Assembly (NCBI RefSeq): GCF_014637345.1
Contig: NZ_BMEX01000003.1
Location: 1 to 64,000, forward strand
Direction of reading: 5' to 3'
Source of the DNA: Kroppenstedtia guangzhouensis
Lineage (GTDB): Bacteria; Bacillota; Bacilli; Thermoactinomycetales; DSM-45169
DNA: 64,000 nt
The notes below the pieces were generated by a model. It was not told the DNA's origin. It did no database searches and saw only the letters and a program-made list of their open reading frames with translations. A program made the translations under genes and the position numbers. Numbering within the stretch: the stretch's first letter is position 1; the number at the start of each line of letters is the position of its first letter. This document shows positions 17,230 to 26,543 of the stretch, piece by piece.

Positions 17230-17613
17230 TCAAATAACCACACCGTGAGTTTCCTCCCCGATCATTTCCTGCACTTGATTTCCTTCACCCATGATGGCCA
17301 CTCGGGGACGGTGGCGTTCTGCTTCTTCTTTCGTCATCATCGCATAGGAGATGATGATCACTTTATCTCCGGGCTGGACCAGCCGGGCGGCGGCTCCATT
17401 GAGACAAATGGTGCCGCTACCTCGGCGACCGGGAATTACATACGTTTCCAGCCGGGCCCCGTTGTTGTTGTTAACAACCTGCACTTTTTCATTGGGTAAA
17501 ATATCCACTTGTTCCATCAGATCTTCATCGATAGTAATGCTGCCCACATAGTTGAGATTGGCCTCTGTCACGGTGGCCCGGTGAATTTTGGACTTCATTA
17601 GGGTGAGGTACAT
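17230..17613 (-). CDS. panD: Aspartate 1-decarboxylase.
   Basis: [29 protein letters not shown]... is a canonical PanD (pyruvoyl-dependent, G24-S25 cleavage site context). Confidence 0.9.
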   Translation of the reverse strand: MYLTLMKSKIHRATVTEANLNYVGSITIDEDLMEQVDILPNEKVQVVNNNNGARLETYVIPGRRGSGTICLNGAAARLVQPGDKVIIISYAMMTKEEAERHRPRVAIMGEGNQVQEMIGEETHGVVI

Positions 17614-18470
17614 CTTGTTCCCTCCTCTTGTGGCCAAATCACATTGTCGATCAGGCGGGTTGAGCCCAGACGGACGGCCACGGCCGCAATCGATCGGTCG
17701 CCGTCCAGTCTATCCAGGGGTTCCAGTTCCGGGTAGCTGAGGACTTCCACATAGTCAATCAAGAGACCCTCCGCCTTTTCCAGCCTTTCCCGGATAAACT
17801 GAACCGCTTCCGCTGCCCGGCATAGCCGTCCCGCCTCCCGTTCACGGGTCGCTTCCCGGAGGGTTTTGTACAGGATGGCTGCCTGTTTCCGCTCTTCTGG
17901 CGACAGATAAACATTCCGGGAGCTCATCGCCAGACCGTCCGCTTCCCGTACCGTCGGGCAGGAGACCACTTCCACGGGGAAGTTGAGATCTTGGACCATC
18001 TGTTGGATCACCGCCACCTGCTGCGCATCTTTTTGACCAAAGTAGGCTCGGTCCGGTTCCACGATATGGAACAGCTTGGACACCACAGTGGCCACACCGT
18101 CGAAGTGGCCGGGGCGGGAGGCTCCGCACAACCGGTCGGTGAGACCGGTGATTCGGACGGTGGTCTTCGCTCCGTTTGGATACATCTCTCCCACCCCGGG
18201 AGTGAACAGAATATCAGCCCCCGCTTCTCCCGCCAATTTTTGATCCCGTTCCAGGTCCCGCGGATAACGATCCAGGTCCTCTCCGGGACCAAATTGCAAA
18301 GGATTGACAAAGACGGAAACCACCACCTGCTCACACTCCTTGGCAGCCTGTCGGATGAGGCTGAGATGACCCTCATGAAGATAGCCCATCGTCGGTACCA
18401 AGCCCAGACGCCTCTCCCGATGTGGGCGGAGAAAGTCTCTGAGTTGGGCAATCCTCTCGATCTTCTGCAT
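17598..18470 (-). CDS. panC: Pantoate--beta-alanine ligase.
   Basis: PanC HIGH-type motif ([13 protein letters not shown]); overlaps the panD start. Confidence 0.9.
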   Translation of the reverse strand: MQKIERIAQLRDFLRPHRERRLGLVPTMGYLHEGHLSLIRQAAKECEQVVVSVFVNPLQFGPGEDLDRYPRDLERDQKLAGEAGADILFTPGVGEMYPNGAKTTVRITGLTDRLCGASRPGHFDGVATVVSKLFHIVEPDRAYFGQKDAQQVAVIQQMVQDLNFPVEVVSCPTVREADGLAMSSRNVYLSPEERKQAAILYKTLREATREREAGRLCRAAEAVQFIRERLEKAEGLLIDYVEVLSYPELEPLDRLDGDRSIAAVAVRLGSTRLIDNVIWPQEEGTRCTSP

Positions 18471-19330
18471 TAATCCTTCTTCCTTTCTCCACCATAGAGG
18501 TGATCCACCACACCCGGAGCTCGGAAGGTGTGTTCTTCTCCGGGAAAGATCCCATCCCGAACCTCTTTCACGTAGGCTTGGATGCCCTTGACGGCCATCT
18601 CCCCCATATGTCCATAAGACTTGACAAAAGAGGGCTGAATCTCACTTCCATACTGAAGCACATCGTGATAGACGAGAACCTGTCCGTCACAATTTCTTCC
18701 GGCACCGATCCCGATCGTCGGAATCGAGAGGGAACGGGTGATCCTGGAAGCCACCTCATCCGGGACACACTCCAACACCAGTGCAAATACACCTGCCTCT
18801 TCCAGTCGCCGGGCTTCCTCGAGCAGTTGTCGGGCGCTTTCTGCATCTTTTCCTTGGATCCGGTATCCACCCAGTTGGTGAACCGCCTGCGGTGTCAAAC
18901 CAATATGGCCCATCACGGGGATCCCTGCTGCGACACAGGCGCGAATCCCGGGAAGAACTGCATCACATCCTTCCACTTTGACTGCCCGGGCCCCTCCCTC
19001 TTGCATCAGACGTCCTGCTACTTTTAACACTTTCTCCGGGGTGAGGTGGGCGGTCAAAAAGGGTAGATCTGACACCACCAGGGCTCTTTGGGATCCGCGG
19101 GTCACTGCTTTGGTGTGATGAACCATATCCTCCAGTGTGACCGGAACGGTGGAATCATATCCGAGCACCACCATTCCCAGGGAATCCCCCACCAGGAGGA
19201 GATCGGCTCCCCCCGCTTCCGCAAGTTTCGCCGATGGATAGTCGTAGGCGGTAATCATGGCGATTTTGGTGTTTTCAGCCTTCATTCGACTGAGTGTCCG
19301 AAGCGTCACGCTTTTTCCGTGTGCAGTCAT
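18470..19330 (-). CDS. panB: 3-methyl-2-oxobutanoate hydroxymethyltransferase.
   Basis: Start MTAHGKSVTLRTL with RBS AAGGAGGT; PanB motifs (MITAYDYPSA, VGDSLGMV). The ORF-track N-terminal extension is non-coding. Confidence 0.9.
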   Translation of the reverse strand: MTAHGKSVTLRTLSRMKAENTKIAMITAYDYPSAKLAEAGGADLLLVGDSLGMVVLGYDSTVPVTLEDMVHHTKAVTRGSQRALVVSDLPFLTAHLTPEKVLKVAGRLMQEGGARAVKVEGCDAVLPGIRACVAAGIPVMGHIGLTPQAVHQLGGYRIQGKDAESARQLLEEARRLEEAGVFALVLECVPDEVASRITRSLSIPTIGIGAGRNCDGQVLVYHDVLQYGSEIQPSFVKSYGHMGEMAVKGIQAYVKEVRDGIFPGEEHTFRAPGVVDHLYGGERKKD

Positions 19331-19497
19331 GGAACAAACCTCCTTGTGATGCTCCGGAGTCAGAGGCGGGAACATTAAAAAACACCTTATCAGCCCAAAC
19401 AGGAACAGACAAGGTGTCGGCTTATCAACCATACCTCTGTCTCCGTCCCAAAGGCTCAGAGCAGATTTATCGGGTGACAAAAAAGAACGAACAAAGG

Positions 19498-19545
19498 TGG
19501 CACGTGCGGCTCCGGGAAGGATGCCGCCGCTGCCACCTTTAAGGG
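19498..19545 (-). terminator. Intrinsic terminator after birA: a long stem (AAAGGTGGCA...TGCCACCTTT) followed by GTTCGTTCTTTTTTG on the minus strand.
   Basis: 10-bp outer stem with a T-rich tail, 20-70 nt downstream of the birA stop and upstream of a TTGTCT-N17-TAAGGT promoter for panB. Confidence 0.5.
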
Positions 19546-19566
19546 TAAACGAAAACCGATCGCTTC

Positions 19567-20541
19567 TCAACAGTCGATTTCCGCGGAAAAAACCGGGCTC
19601 ACTTGATCTCCCCGCTGAATTAGAAGCGCTCCGGATCGATCCAATCCCACCGCCGTACCTTTGACAGGCCCTTCGGGAGTGAGGGTTCGAATCTGCCGCC
19701 CGAGCATTCCGGCATATTCTTCCCACAGAATTCGGATGGGTTCAAAGCCATGAGCCAGATAAGCATCGTACAATCCTTCCAATTCTTCCAGGATCTTTGC
19801 GATCAGTTTCGGCCTGTGATAAGTCGTGTTTCCTTCAATCGCCAGGGATGTGGCCGTTTCTTTCAATTCCTTGGGCCAGCAGGATGCAGTCACATTCACA
19901 TTGATTCCCATTCCCAGCACCACATATTGGACTTGATCCTGTTCTCCCCGGGTCTCTGTCAGGATTCCGCATACTTTTCTCCCATGGATCAGAAGATCGT
20001 TGGGCCATTTGATCCGGATTTCCAGCCCCGTCTCCTGCCGAAGCGCCCGGGTGAGAGCCACCGAAGTGAGTAATGTGAGTTGGGGAGCTTGGATGAGAGG
20101 GATCGGTGGCCGTAGAATCAGGCTCATCCAAATTCCGCTGTGGGGTGGGGAGACCCAAGTGCGGCCCAGCCGCCCCCTGCCTTGCACCTGTTCCTCGGTG
20201 ATGACCAGTGAGCCTTCCACGGCCTCCTCCCGGGCCCATTCATGAGCCAGCAATTGCGTGGAACTCATTTTTTGTCGATAACGGATCTGTTGACCGAAAC
20301 GATCGGTGGACAAATGGGGCTTCAACTCCTCAGGAGCCACCCGGTCCGGACGGTAGATCAGTCGGTAGCCTCTTTTGGGGCGGGCTTCAATCTGATACCC
20401 CTCTTTTCTGAGCTCTTCAATCTGTTTCCAGATGGCGGTCCGACTGCATTGCAAATGCTCACTGATCTCTTCCCCGGACAAAAAATCATCCTGCCTTTCC
20501 AGAAAAAAAGAGAGCAACTGTTCACGAATCCTGCTGGACAA
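19567..20541 (-). CDS. birA: Bifunctional biotin--[acetyl-CoA-carboxylase] ligase and transcriptional repressor.
   Basis: N-terminal wHTH, the biotin-ligase catalytic core (GRGRLGRTW, KWPNDL) and a C-terminal SH3-like domain. Confidence 0.9.
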   Translation of the reverse strand: MSSRIREQLLSFFLERQDDFLSGEEISEHLQCSRTAIWKQIEELRKEGYQIEARPKRGYRLIYRPDRVAPEELKPHLSTDRFGQQIRYRQKMSSTQLLAHEWAREEAVEGSLVITEEQVQGRGRLGRTWVSPPHSGIWMSLILRPPIPLIQAPQLTLLTSVALTRALRQETGLEIRIKWPNDLLIHGRKVCGILTETRGEQDQVQYVVLGMGINVNVTASCWPKELKETATSLAIEGNTTYHRPKLIAKILEELEGLYDAYLAHGFEPIRILWEEYAGMLGRQIRTLTPEGPVKGTAVGLDRSGALLIQRGDQVSPVFSAEIDC

Positions 20542-21757
20542 GTCGACATCCCTCCTCGATCAGCGCCTCAGCCTCATTGGGGAGTTCTCCGAGAGCCACT
20601 TTTTTCAACAGTGTATTCAACACCCGTCCCGTCCAGGGGCCCGGCTTGCGTCCCGTGGCTTCCATCAGGCTCCGTCCATTTACGCGCAGCTCCCGGAGAT
20701 GATGTACCGGCATCTCCCGTTGCCACCGGATCAGGGCCTCCCGCATCCCCTCTTCTTCCTCTGCGTCCCAACGATGGATAGCAGCCGCTGTTTCCAAGGC
20801 GGACTCCAGTTTCTCTTTTCCATGAGTGAGGAGAAACTGTTTTCCGGTGCGGCCATCTATGGGAGTGAGCTGCCACTGAAATCCCAGCCGATACACTGAA
20901 GAGACGATTTCCACGTCTTTAGCCGGCAGGCGAAAACTTCTCAGATGTGGTTTGGACTTCTCCGGGTGAACACCACACAGGTGAAGAAACAGAGCCCAAC
21001 GGGCCCATCGTCCTATCCGACGATCCATCTCTTCCACGGGAATGGCCGGGTCACCGACGACACGACCCCAACGGGTAAAGGGGGGTAAATGGGGGAACAA
21101 CCCCATCTCCCATAGGGGACGGATTCCCCGTGACGGTTTTTCCGTTGCCCACAATTTTTCCAATTCCTGCGTCACCCGTTCTACCACCAGGTAACGCAGG
21201 AGGGATTTTTGGCGGATCAGAGCCACTTTCGTCTGTTCATCCAGCCGGAATCGAAGTTGGGCACAAAATCGCAGGGCTCGCACCATGCGCAAAGCATCCT
21301 CCTGAAAACGCTCTTCTGCTTCCCCTACCGCCCGAACCAATTTGGATTGGAGATCCTTTTCCCCCCCGAAAGGGTCGATCAGGCACCCCCGACGGTCCCG
21401 AGCCATTGCATTGATCGTAAAATCCCTGCGGGCAAGATCCGTTTCCAATCTTTTTATAAACTGAACTTGCCCCGGGTGACGGTGATCTCTATATCCCGTT
21501 TCCTCCCGAAACGTGGTCACCTCCACCGCCTGTCGATGGATTAGAACGGTCACAGTCCCATGCTGGATGCCGGTCGCCACTGTCTTGGCAAAGAGAGATT
21601 GAACCTTCTCTGGCGGTGCATCCGTCGCCACATCATAATCTGTCGGTTCCCGGTTCAGTAGCTCATCCCGGACGCACCCCCCCACCCAGTAAGCCTGAAA
21701 TCCCGCCTCTTCCAGCCGTTCCAGCACCTGAAGCGAGGCCTTTCGGGCCTCTTTCAT
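20522..21757 (-). CDS. cca: CCA-adding tRNA nucleotidyltransferase.
   Basis: Pol-beta nucleotidyltransferase head (GGCVRDELL...DYDVAT) plus an HD-less Firmicute-type body; synteny cca-birA. Confidence 0.9.
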   Translation of the reverse strand: MKEARKASLQVLERLEEAGFQAYWVGGCVRDELLNREPTDYDVATDAPPEKVQSLFAKTVATGIQHGTVTVLIHRQAVEVTTFREETGYRDHRHPGQVQFIKRLETDLARRDFTINAMARDRRGCLIDPFGGEKDLQSKLVRAVGEAEERFQEDALRMVRALRFCAQLRFRLDEQTKVALIRQKSLLRYLVVERVTQELEKLWATEKPSRGIRPLWEMGLFPHLPPFTRWGRVVGDPAIPVEEMDRRIGRWARWALFLHLCGVHPEKSKPHLRSFRLPAKDVEIVSSVYRLGFQWQLTPIDGRTGKQFLLTHGKEKLESALETAAAIHRWDAEEEEGMREALIRWQREMPVHHLRELRVNGRSLMEATGRKPGPWTGRVLNTLLKKVALGELPNEAEALIEEGCRLVQQDS

Positions 21758-22872
21758 TGCTGAATCACCTTTTGGTAGAGGGATTCATACTGATCCGCGA
21801 TTTTTTGGGCACAAAATTCCTTCCGAGCCCGTTGGAGGCCGGTTTCCGAGAATCGGTCATACAGATGGGGATCAGATAATAGTTGGATGGCATAGCGGGC
21901 CATCGAATCCACCTCCCCGATCGGTGCCAAATACCCCGTCTCTCCATGAATCACAACTTCCGGGAGCCCGCCGGCATTGGAACCGACAGTGGGCACGCCA
22001 CAAGCCATCGCCTCCAGTGCGACTAAACCGAAGCTCTCCTTGGAGGACGGGAGCAGGAGAAGATCCGCCAGAGAGATCAGCCGGGCCACTTCATTCTGTT
22101 TCCCTAGAAAATCGATCCGTGACTCCATCCCCAACTCCTTGGCCATTTTTACCGCCTCGGACCAGTCAGGCCCTTCCCCCACCAGAATCAGGCGTGAGGG
22201 GATTTCCCGGTTCACCTGTTCAAAGATCCGGATCACATCGAACACCCGTTTCACCGGACGGAAATTGGAGATGTGCAACAAGATCTTTTCATGGGGGGCG
22301 GCATATTCTTTCCGAAGATCCGACACATCTGTGGGTTTGTATACCCGCTGATCCACAAAATTGTAGATTCGTATCAGGGGGTTGTCCACACAGAGCAACT
22401 CTCTTGTCTGATGGATCAAGTCCTCGGAAACCGCTGTTACCGCATCGCTTTCACGAATTCCAAAACAGATAATATCCTTGAGGGACGGATCTTCCGCCAT
22501 CACCGTGATATCCGTCCCGTGCAAAGTGGTGACCACCTTCAACGAGTTCCCCACCATCTGTTTGGCGAGATAGGCGCAAAGGGCATGGGGAACCGCATAA
22601 TGTACATGGATCAGGTCTAGCTTGTGTATTTTGGCCACCTGGGCCATCCGGTTGGCAAGGGCCAGATCATAGGGCGGATAACGAAACACTGCATAACGGT
22701 TGGCCTCCACTTCATGATAATGAATATTATGATGAAACCGCCCCAGGCGAAAGGGCATGTCATAGGCGATAAAATGTACCTGATGTCCCCTCTCGGCCAT
22801 CACTTTTCCAAGCTCCGTCGCCACCACACCCGATCCTCCGTGGCTTGGGTAACAAGTGATTCCGATGCGCAT
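21754..22872 (-). CDS. bshA: N-acetyl-alpha-D-glucosaminyl L-malate synthase (GT4 glycosyltransferase, bacillithiol biosynthesis).
   Basis: GT4 family motifs (EAMACGVPTVGSNAGGLPEVV); the synteny matches bshB1-bshA-cca. Confidence 0.85.
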   Translation of the reverse strand: MRIGITCYPSHGGSGVVATELGKVMAERGHQVHFIAYDMPFRLGRFHHNIHYHEVEANRYAVFRYPPYDLALANRMAQVAKIHKLDLIHVHYAVPHALCAYLAKQMVGNSLKVVTTLHGTDITVMAEDPSLKDIICFGIRESDAVTAVSEDLIHQTRELLCVDNPLIRIYNFVDQRVYKPTDVSDLRKEYAAPHEKILLHISNFRPVKRVFDVIRIFEQVNREIPSRLILVGEGPDWSEAVKMAKELGMESRIDFLGKQNEVARLISLADLLLLPSSKESFGLVALEAMACGVPTVGSNAGGLPEVVIHGETGYLAPIGEVDSMARYAIQLLSDPHLYDRFSETGLQRARKEFCAQKIADQYESLYQKVIQQ

Positions 22873-22891
22873 GATTCTCCTTCCCTCCCTC

Positions 22892-23599
22892 TCAAATCAG
22901 CAGATCCATGGGGATGGCACCTGCCGATACCAGCCCCTCGGCATGACTGGTCCCGATCTGGTGTCCCCAAATCTGATCCCGTCCTTCCACCATTGCCAGA
23001 TAGGTGGGTCGGTTTAAGGGTGTATCCGCCCGTTCCGGACCGGGAACAAACTGACTTTCAAAGGCCAGGATCGCCTCTTTTTTTCGGGAATAGACATCGC
23101 TGACATCGATGATCACATCTGCTTGGCCGGTATGATTGATGAAATAGAAAAAGAGTTGCCGAACCCGGTGGGGAGCCTCTCCTTCCTCCGCAGCTTTCTT
23201 TCGGATCCCTGCATCAAACACCGCTTCTCGAACCAAACGGCTGCAGGCAGTATGATCCGGATGTCTGTCTTCCCAGTGAGGCGCCAGCACCACCTGGGGT
23301 TTCAGACGGCGGATCAGCTTCACCATCTCAGCCAATTGTTCCGGTGATCCATTCAATCCCCGATCGGCAAATCCCAAACGATAGCGGCCTGCCAATCCCA
23401 GAATTTCCGATGCCCGGTCCGCTTCCTTGCGACGGGTAACCACATCCCCATTGGAGGAAAGCTCCCCATCAGTCAGGTCACAGATCGCCACGGGGATTCC
23501 CCGGGATGTATGGCGCAGAACAATCCCAGCAGCACCGATTTCCACATCATCGGGGTGAGCTCCAAAGGCCAGGATTTCCACATGGTCTGATTTTTCCAT
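22892..23599 (-). CDS. bshB1: N-acetyl-alpha-D-glucosaminyl L-malate deacetylase (LmbE family).
   Basis: LmbE motif AHPDDVE...; start MEKSDHVEIL. Confidence 0.8.
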   Translation of the reverse strand: MEKSDHVEILAFGAHPDDVEIGAAGIVLRHTSRGIPVAICDLTDGELSSNGDVVTRRKEADRASEILGLAGRYRLGFADRGLNGSPEQLAEMVKLIRRLKPQVVLAPHWEDRHPDHTACSRLVREAVFDAGIRKKAAEEGEAPHRVRQLFFYFINHTGQADVIIDVSDVYSRKKEAILAFESQFVPGPERADTPLNRPTYLAMVEGRDQIWGHQIGTSHAEGLVSAGAIPMDLLI

Positions 23600-23604
23600 A
23601 GGTT

Positions 23605-24024
23605 TTATTCTCCTCTCTCCTTGCGCTGGTGCACAATGTGTCGCCAATCGAAATCCCCTTGTTGTAACGAGCGGATCAGCACCTCCGCCGCCGCCAGGTT
23701 GGTGGCCACCGGGATATTGTGCACATCGGCCAACCGCAACAGTGCCAGGATATCCGGCTCATGTGGTTGTGCAGTCAGCGGGTCGCGGAGGAAAATGATG
23801 CAGTCCAACTGATTTTCCGCCATCAGCGCCCCAATTTGTTGATCCCCTCCCAAAGGTCCGGATAAAAACCGATGAAGATTCAACCCCGTGGCCTCCCTGA
23901 TCCGTTTTCCGGTGGTTCCCGTCGCATATAGGGTGTGCTCCTTCAAAATCTGCTGGTAGGCAATTGCAAACTGAACCATCTGCTCCTTCTTAAGGTCATG
24001 AGCAACCAGCGCGATCTTCAAATG
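23605..24024 (-). CDS. mgsA: Methylglyoxal synthase.
   Basis: TTG start (M)KIALVAHD... after GGAGGG; matches MgsA throughout ([29 protein letters not shown]). Confidence 0.85.
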   Translation of the reverse strand, partial: HLKIALVAHDLKKEQMVQFAIAYQQILKEHTLYATGTTGKRIREATGLNLHRFLSGPLGGDQQIGALMAENQLDCIIFLRDPLTAQPHEPDILALLRLADVHNIPVATNLAAAEVLIRSLQQGDFDWRHIVHQRKERGE

Positions 24025-24104
24025 GGTTCCCTCCAAGTCCTTAATCGTGAAAAAACCCACCCGGTAGTGGATCTCCTACCGCGCGGGATATCGACCGGGA
24101 ATCA

Positions 24105-24140
24105 GAAGTTGACACTGGTTCAATTGATTTCATTATATTC
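24105..24140. promoter_or_regulatory. Divergent promoter region: plus-strand TTGACA-N18-TTATAT, and minus-strand TTGATT-N18-TATAAT for mgsA.
   Basis: Both consensus-like sigma-A elements overlap at ~24105-24165. The plus one faces the SPFH gene ~700 nt away; the minus one lies ~100 nt upstream of mgsA. Confidence 0.35.
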
Positions 24141-24439
24141 TAATCCAAAAACCGAAATCAAGGAAGTGGAAACCGTGGTTTTTGTAACCCATGGTTTGTA
24201 TGAGAGTTATTGTTGTCTGTGATACAAACTGGTCTGAAAATTATCGAAGGGAGGAATCCTTTCAGTGGGTCGCTTTTTCTGTCGGTTTCCAATGGTTGTA
24301 TTGACAGAATTGTTTATGGGTTCTATCATGGAAAAAGACTTCCTGTGTGAGGATTTCCGGATGGTCCCGCAGTGCTTCTTCCTTTGGATGCAAGTATGCT
24401 GGAAGTCAATCTCGATACTTTCTCGAGACCTTTTTGGAA

Positions 24440-24540
24440 CCGTGAGGTCGGAGGTTCGATTCCTCCATCGCGACAGCGATTAGCTCAGAGGCAGAGCACA
24501 CGGTATGATGTGAGGTTCGATTCCTCAATCGTCTGGGGGA
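24440..24540 (+). pseudogene. Two tandem tRNA-like fragments (T-arm GGTTCGATTCC + 3' acceptor; second copy also has a 5' acceptor and D-arm but no anticodon arm). Decayed tRNA genes or att-site remnants.
   Basis: GGAGGTTCGATTCCTCCATCGCGACA at ~24448-24474; GCGATTAGCTCAGAGGCAGAGCAC...GAGGTTCGATTCCTCAATCGTC at ~24476-24533. Neither folds into a complete cloverleaf. Confidence 0.4.
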
Positions 24541-24836
24541 CGATGCTTGGTAAGCACCTTATTTTGTGGGCTGTTGGGGAAATCCTCCGTCCTCCCGGCG
24601 GGAGTGCACCCGCCGGGAGGACACCGGGGGAAGCGGCCTTGAAGGTTGGTTGATCCGATGTGGTGGATTTCATGACACTCGGGCTGCGGGGGCCTTGATT
24701 GGAAGTGAAATGCCGGCTTCCCTTCTTTGGCTCATCCATCCCGAATGATGTAAAAAAGCTGCACCTGAAACCAAGCTCCGCCGTTTTCCGCGGGAGGATT
24801 TCAAACAGCGCCACATCTCATGAAACGAGGATAATA

Positions 24837-25967
24837 ATGATGATACACATTCAAAAAGATCAGAGAGGCTTGTTGTTTAAACGGGGGGACTATGTCAAGC
24901 ATCTGAAACCGGGAAGCTATTTTTTCCCCCTCTTTGCAAACAGCTTCGTAAGTTCATATCGGGTGGTCATCATGAATTTGGACGAGCCCTTCTCCCCCCC
25001 GGATCAGGACCTTCATCTGTTTCTGCATGATGAAGAACTGTTGAAGGAATTGACGATCTTGGACGTCCGGGACCATGAGCTCGCCCTTCACTATGAGGAC
25101 GGAAAGTTTGTCGATGTCTACCCATCCGGTAAATACGCTTTCTGGAATTCATATAAAGAGCACACTTTCACTTTTGTGGATCTGAAAGAACCCGCCGTTT
25201 CCGACACGATCGACCGTTCCATTTTCATCCATCCGGAGCTGAATGGATTTTTTCAGGTCCTTAAGGTCCCCCCTCATCACCAGGGCCTCCTCTTCTACGA
25301 TCATCAATTTCAAAAAGAATTGCCTCCGGGAAACTATTATTTCTGGAATTCATCCTCCGTCGACGTCCAACTGCAGACCGTCGACCTCCGTCGACAACAG
25401 TTGGATCTGACCGGACAGGAGATGATGACGGCCGACAAAGTCACCCTGCGCCTCAACTTTGTCTGTCAGTACCGGGTGACGGATCCGATGAAAGTCTTGG
25501 AAGTCCACTCTTTCAAGGAACAGGTCTACATCCACCTGCAGCTGATATTGAGAGAATACATCGGAACCTACCGTTTGGACGACCTGCTGAAGCAAAAACA
25601 GGAGATCTCTTCCCAGGTGTTGCATCGATTGCAAGAAAAAGAAGCCGAATTTGGTGTTCACTTCATCGACGCCGGAGTGAAGGATATCATTTTGCCCGGC
25701 GATGTCAAGGAGATCCTCAACACCGTCCTGATCGCAGAAAAGAAAGCCCAGGCCAACATCATCACCCGCCGGGAAGAGACCGCCTCCACGCGCAGCCTGC
25801 TGAACACCGCCAAGATGATGGACCAAAACCAAACCCTGTACCGTCTGAAAGAGCTGGAATTCCTGGAGCGCATCTGTGAAAAAATCGGTACCATATCCAT
25901 CACCGGAGGCGGAAATCTGATGGAACAACTGAATGACTTGCTGGTCCGTCCAAACCGGGAAAAGTGA
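24837..25967 (+). CDS. SPFH/band-7 (stomatin/prohibitin/flotillin-like) protein with a novel ~215-aa triplicated N-terminal repeat domain and no TM segment.
   Basis: C-terminal half: VTLRLNFVCQYRVTDPMKVL...LREYIGTYRLDDLL...KDIILPGDVKEILN...AEKKAQANIITRREE is a classic SPFH core. The N-terminus has three ~65-aa repeats, each containing G.LLF..G.(F/Y)V...P(G/S).Y(F/Y)FWNS...VDL. Start ATGATG after AGGA. Confidence 0.75.
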   Translation: MMIHIQKDQRGLLFKRGDYVKHLKPGSYFFPLFANSFVSSYRVVIMNLDEPFSPPDQDLHLFLHDEELLKELTILDVRDHELALHYEDGKFVDVYPSGKYAFWNSYKEHTFTFVDLKEPAVSDTIDRSIFIHPELNGFFQVLKVPPHHQGLLFYDHQFQKELPPGNYYFWNSSSVDVQLQTVDLRRQQLDLTGQEMMTADKVTLRLNFVCQYRVTDPMKVLEVHSFKEQVYIHLQLILREYIGTYRLDDLLKQKQEISSQVLHRLQEKEAEFGVHFIDAGVKDIILPGDVKEILNTVLIAEKKAQANIITRREETASTRSLLNTAKMMDQNQTLYRLKELEFLERICEKIGTISITGGGNLMEQLNDLLVRPNREK

Positions 25968-25984
25968 TCGATTCAACTTGCCAT

Positions 25985-26025
25985 ACAGGCACAAAAAGAC
26001 CCGCTCCCTGTGCGAAGGAGCCGGT
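25985..26025 (+). terminator. Intrinsic terminator AGACCCGCTCC-ctgtgcgaa-GGAGCCGGTCT + TTTTT.
   Basis: Immediately downstream of the SPFH gene. Confidence 0.6.
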
Positions 26026-26420
26026 CTTTTTGGATGATTCACCTATAGATGCGATCCGGTTAAAGGAATCAACTGAATTCCCAAACTGTTGCATCTATTT
26101 ATATCGTGGAACCATCCAAAGGTGGGTTGATATAAGAGAGACCGTCCTCGATGGCCGGTCCTTGTTTATTGGTTTCCAAAGTCGCATGTTACCGATGATT
26201 CAATGTCTCTGCCAAACGTTGATATGCGGTTGATTAAAAGTCAGTCAACCAGAACGACACATCATCAGTATAACCTGAATGATGTGGTTATGTTTGGAGA
26301 AAGATATTGGGGCATAAATGAAAGGAAGCGATGAATAGATCCTACTATCGAATCGATGGAGGACAGGGAACAGGTTCTGCTTAAACCAAGGAAAATCATT
26401 TAAAAGGAAGGGAGATTCAA

Positions 26421-26483
26421 ATGAGCAAATGATTTGACAGTAAAGTGGTGTTAATTACAGGTGCGGGATCCGCTGTGATTTGA
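26421..26483 (+). pseudogene. Remnant of a short-chain dehydrogenase/reductase gene (N-terminal 20 codons only, with an in-frame TGA).
   Basis: AAGGAAGGGAG RBS, then ATG AGC AAA TGA TTT GAC AGT AAA GTG GTG TTA ATT ACA GGT GCG GGA TCC GCT. This reads MSK*FDSKVVLITGAGSA, the Rossmann N-terminus of an SDR, then the ORF ends. Confidence 0.4.
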
Positions 26484-26497
26484 TTCCATAAAACAAA

Positions 26498-26540
26498 AAG
26501 AGCCGAAATTCCCCCTCCTCCCGGGGACTCGGCTCTTTTC
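26498..26540. terminator. Bidirectional terminator GAGCCGA...TCGGCTC flanked by T/A runs.
   Basis: AAAAGAGCCGAaattccccctcctcccggggacTCGGCTCTTTTC, directly 3' of dapB. Confidence 0.55.
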
Positions 26541-26543
26541 ATT

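Noticed and set aside
24380-24660. Possible T-box riboswitch, since tRNA-related sequences sit in a leader.
   Set aside because: No T-box consensus (AATTAGGGTGGNACCGCG) and no specifier-loop or Stem I features. The sequences resemble tRNA itself, not a tRNA-binding leader.
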